Of a stretch of 64,000 bases of DNA, positions 41,001 through 50,897 are shown one piece after another. Below the pieces are notes generated by a model, which had not been told where the DNA came from, made no database searches, and worked only from the letters and a program-made list of their open reading frames with translations. The position numbers and the translations under genes were made by a program. The DNA is taken from assembly GCA_963777605.1 (NCBI GenBank), contig CAVZRV010000035.1, forward strand, positions 1-64,000. The letters run 5' to 3'. The DNA is from an uncultured Acidobacteriota bacterium (GTDB lineage Bacteria; Acidobacteriota; UBA6911; RPQK01; JAPXNP01). Numbering within the stretch: the first letter of the stretch is position 1; every line of letters begins with the position of its first letter.

Positions 41001-41454
41001 CCGCCGACTTTGCAACGAGTCCGTCTCGGAAGGAAAGCGCCTCGGCGCTCGCCCGAGTCTATACAACCTCTCTATAGAAATCTTCTATAGAGTTTCGTAC
41101 CGCCTCCTGGCCGATGGGGCGGCCTTCTTTCTTATCGGTGAAAACGGCCTACTTCGTAGCCGGTGTCTACAGCTTTCCGCAGCATTGGATGATCTCCTGC
41201 TCAGTCTCGACCGCGGAGAGGCCGACATCGGCTTGCCTAAAGAATTCCAGCACGAACTTCTGGAACTTGCGTCAATGGACCCGGTGGGGACCGCCCTGTC
41301 AACGGTATGGGCAAACGCTTCGAGCTCCTGAAGTGTGGCCGGGCCCATGGCAGAGAATATCACCTTTGCTTCACCAGTGCGCGCCTTTCAAGCTTCGCCT
41401 CGTTGCGCACGGAGATCGAGTTCTGCCTGTAGGCGATCGTCTCCTATTTCCCCT

Positions 41455-41600
41455 GAACAAGCTTGTCTGTGATGAGCCTGTTGGGAAGTGCTCCCTGTCC
41501 CTTCAAGAGCATACGGAAGAAGCGCTTGGCGGCCTGCCGATCCCGTCTCTTCTGGAGGAGAATGTCGATGGTGTCCCCATCTTGGTCGACCGCCCTCCAG
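41455..41600 (-). pseudogene. IS6-family transposase fragment
   Basis: WRAVDQDGDTIDILLQKRRDRQAAKRFFRMLLK...LITDKL. Confidence 0.8.
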
Positions 41601-41741
41601 GTCCGATTGTTGAATGACCTGACCTGAACCCTAAAGAACCGTCAAGAGAGTTTCCCTGACCTGAACTTTATGCGTCAGGCCGATTCACTTTGGATAGGCA
41701 TTACTATCTTCAGATCGCTTGAACCGGATTCGGTTGAAACG

Positions 41742-41838
41742 ATCAGGGAAATTTTCCCTGATTCCATTGATGGTCATATTATCTGATTTCCGCAACCTGC
41801 CTTGAACATTGGATTTTGTGTTTTGGAATGAGAATTGC
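41742..41838 (+). promoter_or_regulatory. Putative sigma54 promoter with upstream palindrome
   Basis: TGGAATGAGAATTGC (41824-41838; GG-N10-GC); perfect inverted repeat ATCAGGGAAA-T-TTTCCCTGAT (41742-41762). Confidence 0.5.
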
Positions 41839-41922
41839 GCTCACTCATGGGTACATAAGGTGGAATCTTCCCGACATGCTCTCTCCTCGAATGAGAGCAT
41901 TCAGAATATCAGGAGGTTTGAA

Positions 41923-42609
41923 ATGAATCTTTCAATTATACGATACTGGTTAGTGGTCTTGATACTGGGACTGGTCGCCGAAACAGGCTGTTCGACAGGC
42001 AATGTGAATGCTGATAAGTCGATGGAAGTTGCAGGAGACGGTGGATCGAGTTTCATTGAATCCGTGGCTTCCGCTGTGTTTCCGGAAACGGAAGTGGTCC
42101 CGAAAGGCACTCCCATACGCGTACGTCTGACACAAACAGTCTCAACAGATCGCGATCGCGCTGGTGACGAGTTCAGTGCAGTCTTGGACGGGGCCATTTC
42201 GGTCGACGGGCAGATCCTTGCCCCCGCCGGAACGAAGGTGATCGGAAAACTCCCATCAGTCGAAGGCTCCAAGAAGGTGAAGGGCCGCGCGGAAATGCAG
42301 TTGACCTTGGACCAGCTAATCATCGACGGCACAAAATATGGCATCGATACTCATCCCCTGACAATCCGGGCGGAGGGCTCTGAGAAGAAGGATGCAGCTG
42401 TCATTGCAGGCAGTGCGGCGGCCGGTGCAATCCTTGGTGCGCTTACTGGAGGAGGAAAGGGTGCCGCCATCGGCGCCGGTGTTGGTGGGGGTGCCGGGAC
42501 CGGGTTTGTCCTAGCAACGAAAGGTGAGGAAATCGAGTTCGGGCCTGAGACTCTCTTCGAATTCAAGCTCTCGCAGCCTTTGGAGTTGCCTGTCCCCAAC
42601 GGGCAATAG
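41923..42609 (+). CDS. Putative lipoprotein with TrbI/VirB10-like beta domain and glycine zipper
   Basis: RBS AGGAGG; lipobox-like ETGC; VPKGTPIRVRLTQTVST; GAILGALTGGGKGAAIGAGVGGGAG. Confidence 0.75.
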   Translation: MNLSIIRYWLVVLILGLVAETGCSTGNVNADKSMEVAGDGGSSFIESVASAVFPETEVVPKGTPIRVRLTQTVSTDRDRAGDEFSAVLDGAISVDGQILAPAGTKVIGKLPSVEGSKKVKGRAEMQLTLDQLIIDGTKYGIDTHPLTIRAEGSEKKDAAVIAGSAAAGAILGALTGGGKGAAIGAGVGGGAGTGFVLATKGEEIEFGPETLFEFKLSQPLELPVPNGQ

Positions 42610-42929
42610 ATTCTTAGCGGGCAATCCCCGAAACCGTCCGTTATCGCGGGGGGAGCCATTATAGATAGAAGCGGCCGCGTCCAACTGATGCGTGACCTTT
42701 CTTGCGGCCGCACGCGGGGAGCTTCGGGACGGCGGAGCTTCCACCGCTGACTACAGAGGCTCATCGCAGATTCTGCGGAGGAAATACTACGGGTAAAGCA
42801 CAACATTTCGGGTTACCGTTTTACCGTATTTCGTTCAGAGTATAGAGCAAGTCGATTTAGCATCAACAAGCGAATTCACGCAAGACCTAACAATCGATTT
42901 CCACCTGAGAGAGTGGAAGAGAGGATCTC

Positions 42930-43076
42930 ATGCTTCACTGGGCATTCATATTCTTGGTGCTGGCACTGATTGCGGCCATCTTCGGATTTCGTGGCGCTGC
43001 TTCAGCGTTTGCCGGAGTTGCAAAACTTCTGGTGGTCCTATTCCTAGTGCTGTTTCTGGTGGCGATCCTATTGTAG
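42930..43076 (+). CDS. DUF1328 (UPF0391) small membrane protein, copy 1
   Basis: [34 protein letters not shown]...; too short for the ORF track; RBS GAGG. Confidence 0.85.
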   Translation: MLHWAFIFLVLALIAAIFGFRGAASAFAGVAKLLVVLFLVLFLVAILL

Positions 43077-43094
43077 AGGATAAGGAGATTTGAA

Positions 43095-43262
43095 ATGCTT
43101 TACTGGGCCCTGGTTTTTTTATTGGTTGCATTCGTAGCAGCGTTGTTTGGGTTTGGCGGTGTTGCTTCTGCGGCGGCGGCGATTGCGAAGATACTGTTTT
43201 TCATCTTTGTAATCTTTTTTATCATCTTCTTGGTGAGTGGACTCCACCGACGAAGAATATGA
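43095..43262 (+). CDS. DUF1328 (UPF0391) small membrane protein, copy 2
   Basis: MLYWALVFLLVAFVAALFGFGGVASAAAAIAKILFFIF...; RBS TAAGGAG. Confidence 0.88.
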   Translation: MLYWALVFLLVAFVAALFGFGGVASAAAAIAKILFFIFVIFFIIFLVSGLHRRRI

Positions 43263-43317
43263 ACCGCCAGATCCAATCTTTAGTCAAACACTATTAATAA
43301 AGTAATAAGGGAATTGA

Positions 43318-44004
43318 ATGATGAGGAATATAATAGCGTTTTTCACAGTATTCATGCTGGTCCTGTCGTGGACGTGGGCCAAAGATACAACAGACGAAAA
43401 GGAACGAGCCCGAGACTCGGCGGCAGTGCTCAAAGAGATGCTCAATGCTCCAGATGCCGAAATCCCGGCGGAGCTTCTGGAAAAGGCGCAGGCGATCGCG
43501 GTGATCCCGCATGTAATCAAAGGTGCCTTTGGAGTGGGAGGCAGTTATGGCAAAGGTCTGGTTTCTCAGCGCAAGGCCGATGGAAGCTGGTCTCCCCCCT
43601 CGTTCATTGAAGTTGGAGGGGCGAGTTTCGGACTTCAGATCGGTGCAGAAGCGACCGATTACCTGCTCATCTTCACGAACAGGGAAGGGATGGAGCCACT
43701 CCTGAAGGGTAAGGTCAAGCTCGGAGGCGAAGCCTCTGTGGCGGCCGGTCCGGTGGGGAGAACGGCCAACGCGGCGACCGACGTGACTCTGGATGCCGCG
43801 GTTTACTCGTATTCGAGGAGTAAAGGGGCATTCGCGGGAGTCTCTCTCGACGGAACGGTGCTCTCAATCGATGACAGTGCCAATGAAAGCACATACGGTA
43901 AGCGAGTCAGCGCGCAGGACATCCTGATCAACGGCAAGGTTTCCTCGAACGCCGTGGTTGGTCCCTTTCTCCAGGTGTTGCGGGCAAATGTGCCGCCTGC
44001 GTAA
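43318..44004 (+). CDS. Ysc84/SYLF lipid-binding domain protein
   Basis: IPAELLEKAQAIAVIP; GGSYGKG; GASFGLQIG; SVAAGPVGR; YSYSRSKGAFAGVSLDG. Confidence 0.9.
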   Translation: MMRNIIAFFTVFMLVLSWTWAKDTTDEKERARDSAAVLKEMLNAPDAEIPAELLEKAQAIAVIPHVIKGAFGVGGSYGKGLVSQRKADGSWSPPSFIEVGGASFGLQIGAEATDYLLIFTNREGMEPLLKGKVKLGGEASVAAGPVGRTANAATDVTLDAAVYSYSRSKGAFAGVSLDGTVLSIDDSANESTYGKRVSAQDILINGKVSSNAVVGPFLQVLRANVPPA

Positions 44005-44783
44005 TGGAATCTCTTGACGGTAAGCGAGTGGCAGGCTCAGGCCAATCGCAGAGCTTGCCACCCCGTCTGCCACCACTGGATTCGCTGGCAGAGAGACACT
44101 GTCGTCGTCAGTTTCCCGCTGTCGTAAGCCCGAGATTAGTTGGCCAAGGCTGGCAGTAGAAGAAGCCATCCAACTCCCAGTTGCAGCATCTCTCTTGCCC
44201 GCCCGACGAAGTTGAATTTCCCTCGGACGCTGCCGATTGCCAGAAAGACATCATGCCGAACGTTTACTGTCGGATCTGTCAAAAATGGATGGGCACCTGC
44301 CAGTCCAAACTGAGTATAACCTGTCGCGAGTGCACGATGGCCAATTGTGTCTGCGGGAGAGGAAGCGGAAGGGCAACCGGACTTCAACTGCAAGGGTAGT
44401 TGGTCAGAGGAAGGCCCACGGCGGGAAGATCCCAATGGTCCTCAATCGGCGGGCCCACCTCGCTTAAGTGACGAGCAGTTAAATCGCGTGGCTCGTGTCG
44501 TCGGGGCGACTGTCTGGGATTCAATCCACGCTTCAACTGGTCCGAGAGGATGTTGAGATCCTGCTGGCTGAAGGGGTTCTGGTTCCGTCCGATTGCATGT
44601 CTATCTCTCAAGTCTGCGACTTGATTCTTAGCGGACTGGATGAGATACAAACGGAACCGTCATTGCAGGGCTTGTTCCGGCTCGTCGCCGGCCGACTGCG
44701 GCGCGCTAGCTTGCTCCATTCGAAGTAGGTTTCCTTTGTTCTTCGTCGGACTGGAGACTACTTCCGATAAGGGAAGGGGTGCC

Positions 44784-44996
44784 ATGTTGAAGTTAGCAGG
44801 AATCATCCTAATCATTCTCGGTACTGTCATATTGCTCTATCAGGGCATTACCTATACCACCAAGGAAGAGGTCGTCGATCTCGGTCCACTTCAGGTAAGT
44901 CAGGAACACACCCGGACGATTCCTTTGCCTCCGATCTTGGGTGGAATTAGTTTGGCTGCCGGGATTGTTCTGGTCTTTGCGGCTCGCCGACGTTGA
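44784..44996 (+). CDS. Small two-TM membrane protein (DUF3185-like)
   Basis: MLKLAGIILIILG...YTTKEEVVDLGPLQV...TIPLPPILGGISLAAGIVL. Confidence 0.75.
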   Translation: MLKLAGIILIILGTVILLYQGITYTTKEEVVDLGPLQVSQEHTRTIPLPPILGGISLAAGIVLVFAARRR

Positions 44997-45017
44997 CCGC
45001 TTTTCCACGGATCAGCT

Positions 45018-45270
45018 TCATGCGGGCCAAGTAGATCCATTGTCCACCGTGATCAAGCGGTTTTCCGCGTCGTAAGCATCGGCGTGAGTGCCGTCGTTTG
45101 TGACATTGCCGGCGGCAGGGTATGTCCAGCCGCTCACCCGGTTTGTCGTCGTACTGGGCGTGGCGTTCTCGGCCGGCACGCCTCCCGATCCCGACTGGCT
45201 CAACCGGTTGCCGTAGCGGTCGTAGACCCAGGAGAGGCTCCAGACACTGGTCTCGGCCAAAGCAAGCCGG
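45018..45270 (-). pseudogene. RHS/YD-repeat fragment
   Basis: YDRYGNR...TNRVSGWTY.AAGNVTNDG...YDAENRL. Confidence 0.75.
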
Positions 45271-45299
45271 TAGAGCTCATCAGAAATAGCCGCAAACGC

Positions 45300-45619
45300 G
45301 AGCGAACATATTCAACCTCGACCGGACATATGTGTATCAGCCCTTTCATATAGACCGAAGGATAACCGCCCAGTCGGCATGGTTTTCGATCCATCGGTAC
45401 ATCGAGGATAAGCGGGTTTTTGTGCCCTTAGAGAGGAATGTGGCATACAGAGACCGGCTCCAGAAGTTTCTGATTCCCAAAAAGTGTTTCCCCGCGATTG
45501 CCAAGGAGTTGCGGATGCTTGGCATAAATCGGGCGATAATGTTTCCTGACTTATCCGGATTATGTGCAGACATTGAGGCTGAAGTACTGGAAAGCCGACG
45601 AGCCATCCGCACAATTTGA
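45300..45619 (+). pseudogene. FRG-domain protein, C-terminal fragment
   Basis: RRITAQSAWFSIH...LRMLGINRAIMFPDLSG. Confidence 0.7.
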
Positions 45620-45754
45620 GGGTGCGTAAGGAGGCGGCTACGTCAATGTGCCCACGGCCTCTCGCACAGCTGCAATGAGCCGCTCCTCCAAAGGCGAGAA
45701 TCGTCGCCACATCAGACTAAGGCGTTGCAGAATTGTCACGAGCTGTCGCGACAC

Positions 45755-45814
45755 GGCCAAGGCTCAGCGTCAGCGGCGGCGCGCAGTGTCGTCCACTGCA
45801 CGCTGTTGTTAGGC
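45755..45814 (-). other. attC-like site
   Basis: Minus strand GCCTAAC-AACAGCGTGCAGTGGACG...CGCCGCTGACGCTGAGC-CTTGGCC, 60 bp, just downstream of the methyltransferase stop. Confidence 0.72.
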
Positions 45815-45842
45815 GCTAAGCTCTCATTTCCACCGAAAGAGT

Positions 45843-46646
45843 TCACGGTTTGATTCCCGTGACGATGTGCGCGGGGGCATTGAACACGACGTCACCATCT
45901 CCAGTAACGTATTCCGCAAGGGCAGTCTCGGCCTCTGCCAAGATACTCTGGATTTGGTCGTCTTTTAAGAAGACTTCCATGACCGGCAACCACCCCTTCA
46001 GGTCCGCTTCGACCATCGCCTTTATACTCGGGAAGCGGGCTGTGCCATTCTCCGTCTCGATGCCCACCGACTCCACTCCCGATCCCTCGAACAGGCTGAT
46101 TAACTCATCTCTGTTTCCAAGCACAAAAGGGGCTCGCAATGCCTTGGCGGCAGCATCACCTGCCAGACGCTCGAGTATCTCCACCTCGATTGAATAGACG
46201 TCAGAATTTACCAAGCTATCCCAGACGGCCACGGCCATTCTTCCGCCCGGTTTCAGCACACGCATCATTTCCCTTAGCGCCCGCGAGCGATCGGAGAAGA
46301 ACATTAGGCCGAACTGACTTACAACAGCATCGAATGACTCCTCGGGAAAGGGTAGTGCCTCGGCGGCACCCTCCCGCCACTCCACATTCGGGGCCAGTTC
46401 GCTTGCCACGGCCAGCATGCCTCGCCCCGGATCAACTCCGGCTACACGCCCGGCAGATCCGACGCGCCCGGCTGCTGCTCGAGCCAGAATGCCCGTGCCG
46501 CACGCGACGTCCAGGACCCTGTGCCCGGGCTCTACCCCAGCAGCATCAAGCACGCGATGACACCACGGCTTGAACAACGCCGGCACATGCAGGTCTTCAT
46601 ATGCCCGCGCTCCTACTATCTGATCCTCGAGGCGTGGTTCACTCAC
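45843..46646 (-). CDS. Class I SAM-dependent methyltransferase (UbiE-like)
   Basis: VLDVACGTG; AEALPFPEESFDAVVSQFGLMFF; RVLKPGG. Confidence 0.9.
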   Translation of the reverse strand: MSEPRLEDQIVGARAYEDLHVPALFKPWCHRVLDAAGVEPGHRVLDVACGTGILARAAAGRVGSAGRVAGVDPGRGMLAVASELAPNVEWREGAAEALPFPEESFDAVVSQFGLMFFSDRSRALREMMRVLKPGGRMAVAVWDSLVNSDVYSIEVEILERLAGDAAAKALRAPFVLGNRDELISLFEGSGVESVGIETENGTARFPSIKAMVEADLKGWLPVMEVFLKDDQIQSILAEAETALAEYVTGDGDVVFNAPAHIVTGIKP

Positions 46647-46870
46647 GATGAGCTTCTCCTCTGTCCGTGTTGAGAACAGGAGCGTAGATCATTATCCCCC
46701 TCACATCCTTGTGGCCGAACAGTCCCCGAACTTCCCGAGAAGATCGAGCTTGCCTTGGCGGAGGGCTTCGCCGTTGCCGAGCCCACTATCAGCCAGGTGC
46801 AGCCGGGAAGTCTTCGCGCTGCGGCCACACCGATCAGACACGATCGCACCAGGAAGAACTGAACGCGTCG

Positions 46871-47071
46871 TCATCGGGAAGTCTCGTGCGCGAGCTCTTG
46901 GGCGAGCCCGATGAGAATTCCTTCGGGGCCTCGGATGTAGCAGAGCCGATACGTGTCTTCGTACTGGACCACTTCGCCGACGAGCTCCGCGCCGCGTTTG
47001 CCGAGCCGGGCTACGGCGGCGTCGATGTCTTCGACCACGATGCCGACGTTGTCCATACGCTTGATTGTCAT
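46871..47071 (-). pseudogene. VOC/glyoxalase gene with internal deletion
   Basis: MTIKRMDNVGIVVEDIDAA joined directly to ELVGEVVQYEDTYRLCYIRGPEGILIGLAQ; the central part is missing. Confidence 0.7.
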
Positions 47072-47085
47072 GATGTTTCCTTGGC

Positions 47086-47162
47086 GCCTCACGCTGGGGT
47101 TCAACTGCGGGCGGAAGGGGGCGAAGCCCCCGGGGCCCGTCGGGTGGAACGATGAGTTCGGC
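47086..47162 (-). other. attC-like site
   Basis: Minus strand GCCGAAC...GGGGGC-TTC-GCCCCC...GTGAGGC hairpin between two cassette genes. Confidence 0.7.
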
Positions 47163-47176
47163 CCCGCTACGCGCGG

Positions 47177-47587
47177 TCAGGCGCCCTCGGGCACCTGAGA
47201 CACATCCATGAAAAAGGCTTCCCAGATATGGCCGTCCAAGTCCTCAAAGCTTCGACCGTACATAAAGCCAAGATCCTGCTTCGGGTTGACATCCGCCTTG
47301 CCTCCCCGACTACCTGCGGTGTCTGTCATTTTGTCGACGGCATTTCGTCCGTCGCAAGAAATTGCCAGCATGACCTCACTCTGGCTGCGGTCTGCGATGG
47401 GCTTCCTGGTGAAAGTGGCCCACTTCTCGTGCGTCAGCAACATCACGAAAATGCTCTCTGAAAAGACCATGCATGCGGCAGTTTCGTCGGAGAATTGCGG
47501 GTTGTTGGTGGCACCGATCGCGGTGTAGAAGGCCTTCGCCTTCGGCAGGTCGTGAACGGGAAGATTGATGAAGACTTGCATACTCAT
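47177..47587 (-). CDS. VOC-family (lactoylglutathione lyase-like) protein
   Basis: MQVFINLPVHDL.KAKAFYTAIG...NPQFSDETAACM...FMYGRSFEDLDGHIWE; RBS AGGAG. Confidence 0.88.
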   Translation of the reverse strand: MSMQVFINLPVHDLPKAKAFYTAIGATNNPQFSDETAACMVFSESIFVMLLTHEKWATFTRKPIADRSQSEVMLAISCDGRNAVDKMTDTAGSRGGKADVNPKQDLGFMYGRSFEDLDGHIWEAFFMDVSQVPEGA

Positions 47588-47619
47588 AGTGGTGTCTCCT
47601 AAATGTCGTGGTGTGTGCG

Positions 47620-47710
47620 GCTCAACGAAAAGCGTTGTATCCACAGCGACCTGCGCTGCCGATCACGAGGGTACCTGCTCCGAGTGGGCGTGGATACAGC
47701 GCTGTTGGAC
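47620..47710 (-). other. attC site
   Basis: Minus strand GTCCAAC-AGCGCTGTATCCAC...GTGGATACAACGCT-TTTC-GTTGAGC. Confidence 0.75.
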
Positions 47711-48041
47711 TGAGCCGCGTCCTATGGCTACGGGGATTGTATCAGGGCTCCAAGTTGACAGGCACCGCCAAACAGGGCGAAGAGACAGGCGAATGAGCTC
47801 GGTCTTTGTCCGGGCGCCAATATCGAGCGCGACGCGAGAGACGACGGCAACAGGATCCCTCACCTGGTGGTGCTACCTCAGGGAGTCAAACACGGGGCGG
47901 ATTTCAACTCTCCCCACTCTTAAAGGAGGAATCCTGTCGATATTGAGAGCCGCCGTTCGACTCAGGATTAGAGAATGCCGAAACGGTGTTCGGCCACGCT
48001 CCTTGAGGAGTGGCCGCTGCAACAACAAGAAAGGAAAAGAA

Positions 48042-48509
48042 ATGAATACAAAACCTACCCACGAACAGGCTCAACTCCAATTGCAGCTTTACGATCTGCG
48101 CCGGGAGGCGCGGCTCCGACAGGCTCGCGACTGGTTCGCCGCCCACTTCATTGCAGACACCTTCGAAGAGGCCATGCGTATTGCGGCGCCCGGCACCGAG
48201 ACGTGGGTCTCTGCGGGGATGGTTTTCGGCTATTGGGAGCAGGCCTGCGCGCTGCTCAACTATGGGCTCCTTCATGAAGACCTCTTCTTCGAGACCAGCG
48301 GAGAGTTCTTCGGCGTGTGGGAGAAGGTCAAGCCGGTTCTTCCGGAATTCCGCGAAAAATCTGCAAACAAGCAAATGCTCGCCCACCTCGAGCGGGCAGC
48401 CCAGCGATATGAGGAATGGTCGGCCGAGCGCAACCCTGGCCACATCGCCGCGATGAGGCAGTTCATGAAGCAAATGCGATCTGAATCCGCTGCGACGGCA
48501 GAAGCCTGA
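48042..48509 (+). CDS. DUF4760-like helical hypothetical protein
   Basis: MNTKPTHEQAQLQLQLYDLRREARLRQARDWF...GYWEQACALLNYGLL; RBS AAGGA. Confidence 0.7.
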   Translation: MNTKPTHEQAQLQLQLYDLRREARLRQARDWFAAHFIADTFEEAMRIAAPGTETWVSAGMVFGYWEQACALLNYGLLHEDLFFETSGEFFGVWEKVKPVLPEFREKSANKQMLAHLERAAQRYEEWSAERNPGHIAAMRQFMKQMRSESAATAEA

Positions 48510-48987
48510 ACGGTCTGAAGTGTTTGTCTCAATGCGTCGTCCCGCGCATTTAATCGGGAGCTCCGTGCCCGGAGGCCGCGGCGAAGGATCGGCAAAAGCG
48601 TCAGATGGGCCGCGATGTCGCGTCCGCGGCCTTCGGGCGCCGAAATCCACAGTTGTCCGGAGAGTGTCTCTCTGGTCGTGACCGAACGGAGTATCGCCCG
48701 CGGATTCTGGAGCTCCTCGCGATCTGCTGTCTCGATTCTCCCGCGCAGGGGCAGAACCCGCGGGCTTTGACATGCCTGGAGGTTCACAGAGTCTAGAGAC
48801 TCTATGCTCTTGACCATAGGTACCTTGCAGTCGGTCAAACCGAGTCTGCGAACTGCCTCAGTTTTCCTTCAGCCCTTTCGAGCGACCACCGGTTGCCGTC
48901 AGAATCTTCCGAGCGTGCAGCCTCGAAACGCCGAAGGAGAATTCGATCGAATTGTGCTCGACGAGGTTCGAGATCCGATCTATCTGC

Positions 48988-49884
48988 CTATGCTTCGTCG
49001 AAGGCCGTCTGGAGTATGTCCATCTCGAGTTTCGTCATGGGCATCATGGCCTTCATCATGTTCTCGATCTTCCTTGCGTCGTTGCTGCTCATAAGTTCGG
49101 TGAATCTCGAGGGCACGATCTGCCAGGAGATACCGAAGCGGTCGGTCAGCCAACCACACTGGCCCTCCGCGCCGCCATCGGACAGGTCATCCCAGAATCG
49201 ATCGACCTCGGCTTGATCCTTGCAGATCACCATGTAGGAGACGGCAGGTGAGAAGGTAAAGCCGTGCTCGCCAGGTGCATCCATGGCGACAAACTCTTGG
49301 CCGTCCAGAACATAGCTGGAGAACTTCACCTTTCCCTGTTTGCCCGGCTCGCCCTCGGAGTACCGCTCGATGTGGACAATTCGCGAATCATCGAACTTCG
49401 AAAGGTAGAACTTGATCGCCTCCTCGGCCTTGCCGCTGAGATCGTCAGCGAAAAGCAGGGAGGGCACGATCTTCTTCTCGTTTTCGGCCAGGATCAACTG
49501 CCAAGTCAGTCCAAACCGGTCCCGGCACCAGCCGTAGCGCTCGGCCCACGGGTACTTGTCGATCGCTATGAGCACGGAACCGCCCTCGGAGAGCTTGTTC
49601 CAGAGTTCATCGATCTCACCGGAGGAGCTACATTTGACGAAGAAGGAGTTGGCTGGAGTGAATTTGAACTCCGGACCGCCGTTGAGTCCCAGGAAGTGAT
49701 GGTCGGCGAGCCGAAAGGTGATGGTCAGCACGCTTCCTTCCGGTAATCCCGCGGCCTTGGCGACCGACTCGGTGACACGGGCAGTCGTGTAGATTTTCGA
49801 ATCGGAAAAAACTGAGGTGTAGAATCTGCCAGCGTCTTCGGCATTGCCGTCGAACCAGAGACATGAAGTAATTCTCGGGATCAT
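48988..49884 (-). CDS. Tandem PhnB/3-demethylubiquinone-9-methyltransferase-like VOC protein
   Basis: ITSCLWFDGNAEDA; LNGGPEFKFTPA; RDRFGLTWQL; CGWLTDRFGISWQIVP. Confidence 0.88.
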   Translation of the reverse strand: MIPRITSCLWFDGNAEDAGRFYTSVFSDSKIYTTARVTESVAKAAGLPEGSVLTITFRLADHHFLGLNGGPEFKFTPANSFFVKCSSSGEIDELWNKLSEGGSVLIAIDKYPWAERYGWCRDRFGLTWQLILAENEKKIVPSLLFADDLSGKAEEAIKFYLSKFDDSRIVHIERYSEGEPGKQGKVKFSSYVLDGQEFVAMDAPGEHGFTFSPAVSYMVICKDQAEVDRFWDDLSDGGAEGQCGWLTDRFGISWQIVPSRFTELMSSNDARKIENMMKAMMPMTKLEMDILQTAFDEA

Positions 49885-50897
49885 GACATCTTCCTTTTCG
49901 CGTATGGGTGTGCAGGTTTCTTCTCCTGATCGGCTCCCATCTTCCGAAAGCGATCAATCACGTCGGTCTGTTCGAAGTCGTCGAGTTCGAACAGCCTTCT
50001 ATATGGTTAGTCGAACGAAACCCTGCGAATTCGACAGCCAGTGGCGTTGCCGGAATCATATCAGGGTCGAACCACGGGAGAATCACTCTCAGTCGACCGC
50101 CCGGATGGTGACCACATCGAGTCGGGCAACGAACGATAGGACAGACCAGCAAGGGAAACGTCGATTGATCAATCTCTCCGGTTCAGGTTTGAGACTGGAC
50201 CTCTTGCAGGCGCCGTTCGAGATAGCGCCGTTCACTGTCGTTAGTCCCCAGTTGGAGGGCTCGTCGGTAGCTCTTTGCCGCTTCGCCGAATGACCTGAGG
50301 CGACGCAGCAAATCGGCTTTTGCGGCATGGAAGAGATGATATCTTTCGAGCTCTCCATCGGCGGCAATCTCGTCGATGATCCGGAGCCCGGCCCGGGGAC
50401 CTTCGACCATGGCGACGGCCACCGCCCTATTCAACGAGACAATTGGAGAAGGCTGAGCTTCCAGCAGCAGATCGTAGAACCCCACGATCTGGGGCCAGTT
50501 CGTTTCCTCGGCCCGCGCGGCCCGGCAATGCAGCGATGCGATGGCACTTTGCAGAGCGTACGGCCCTGGCTCTCTCCGGAGGGTCTCCTCGACGAGAGGC
50601 GTCGCTTCAACGATCTGCGCTCGGTTCCATTTACCGCGGTCCTGCTCCTCGAGCACGATCAGATTCCCCGGGTCATCCTGTCTAGCTTCGCGCCGAGCAT
50701 CGTGCAGAAGCATGAGTGCGAGGAGCGCTGTCGCCTCCGCGGGCGGGTCCGGAGACATGAGATCCCTCACAAGTCGGCTGAGACGGATGGCCTCAGAGCA
50801 GAGATCTTCGCGGATCAGGGGCTCACCTCGAGTCGCTGCATAGCCCTCGTTGAAGATTAGATAAATCACTGCCAGGACGGCGTCGAGTCGCGACTCC

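Larger units (their letters stand above)
37688..41171 (-). mobile_element. Complete IS21-family element with two accessory ORFs and 5-bp target duplication
   Basis: Terminal IRs TGTTGACACCGGC (37688) and GCCGGTGTCTACA (ending 41171); GCTTT duplicated at 37683-37687 and 41172-41176. Confidence 0.88.

Noticed and set aside
47870-49995. YciI-like C-terminal scraps (GRVEIRPVFD near 47900; RRLFELDDFEQ near 49980)
   Set aside because: Too short to annotate; probably decayed remnants of the ECF/YciI/VOC neighbourhood.
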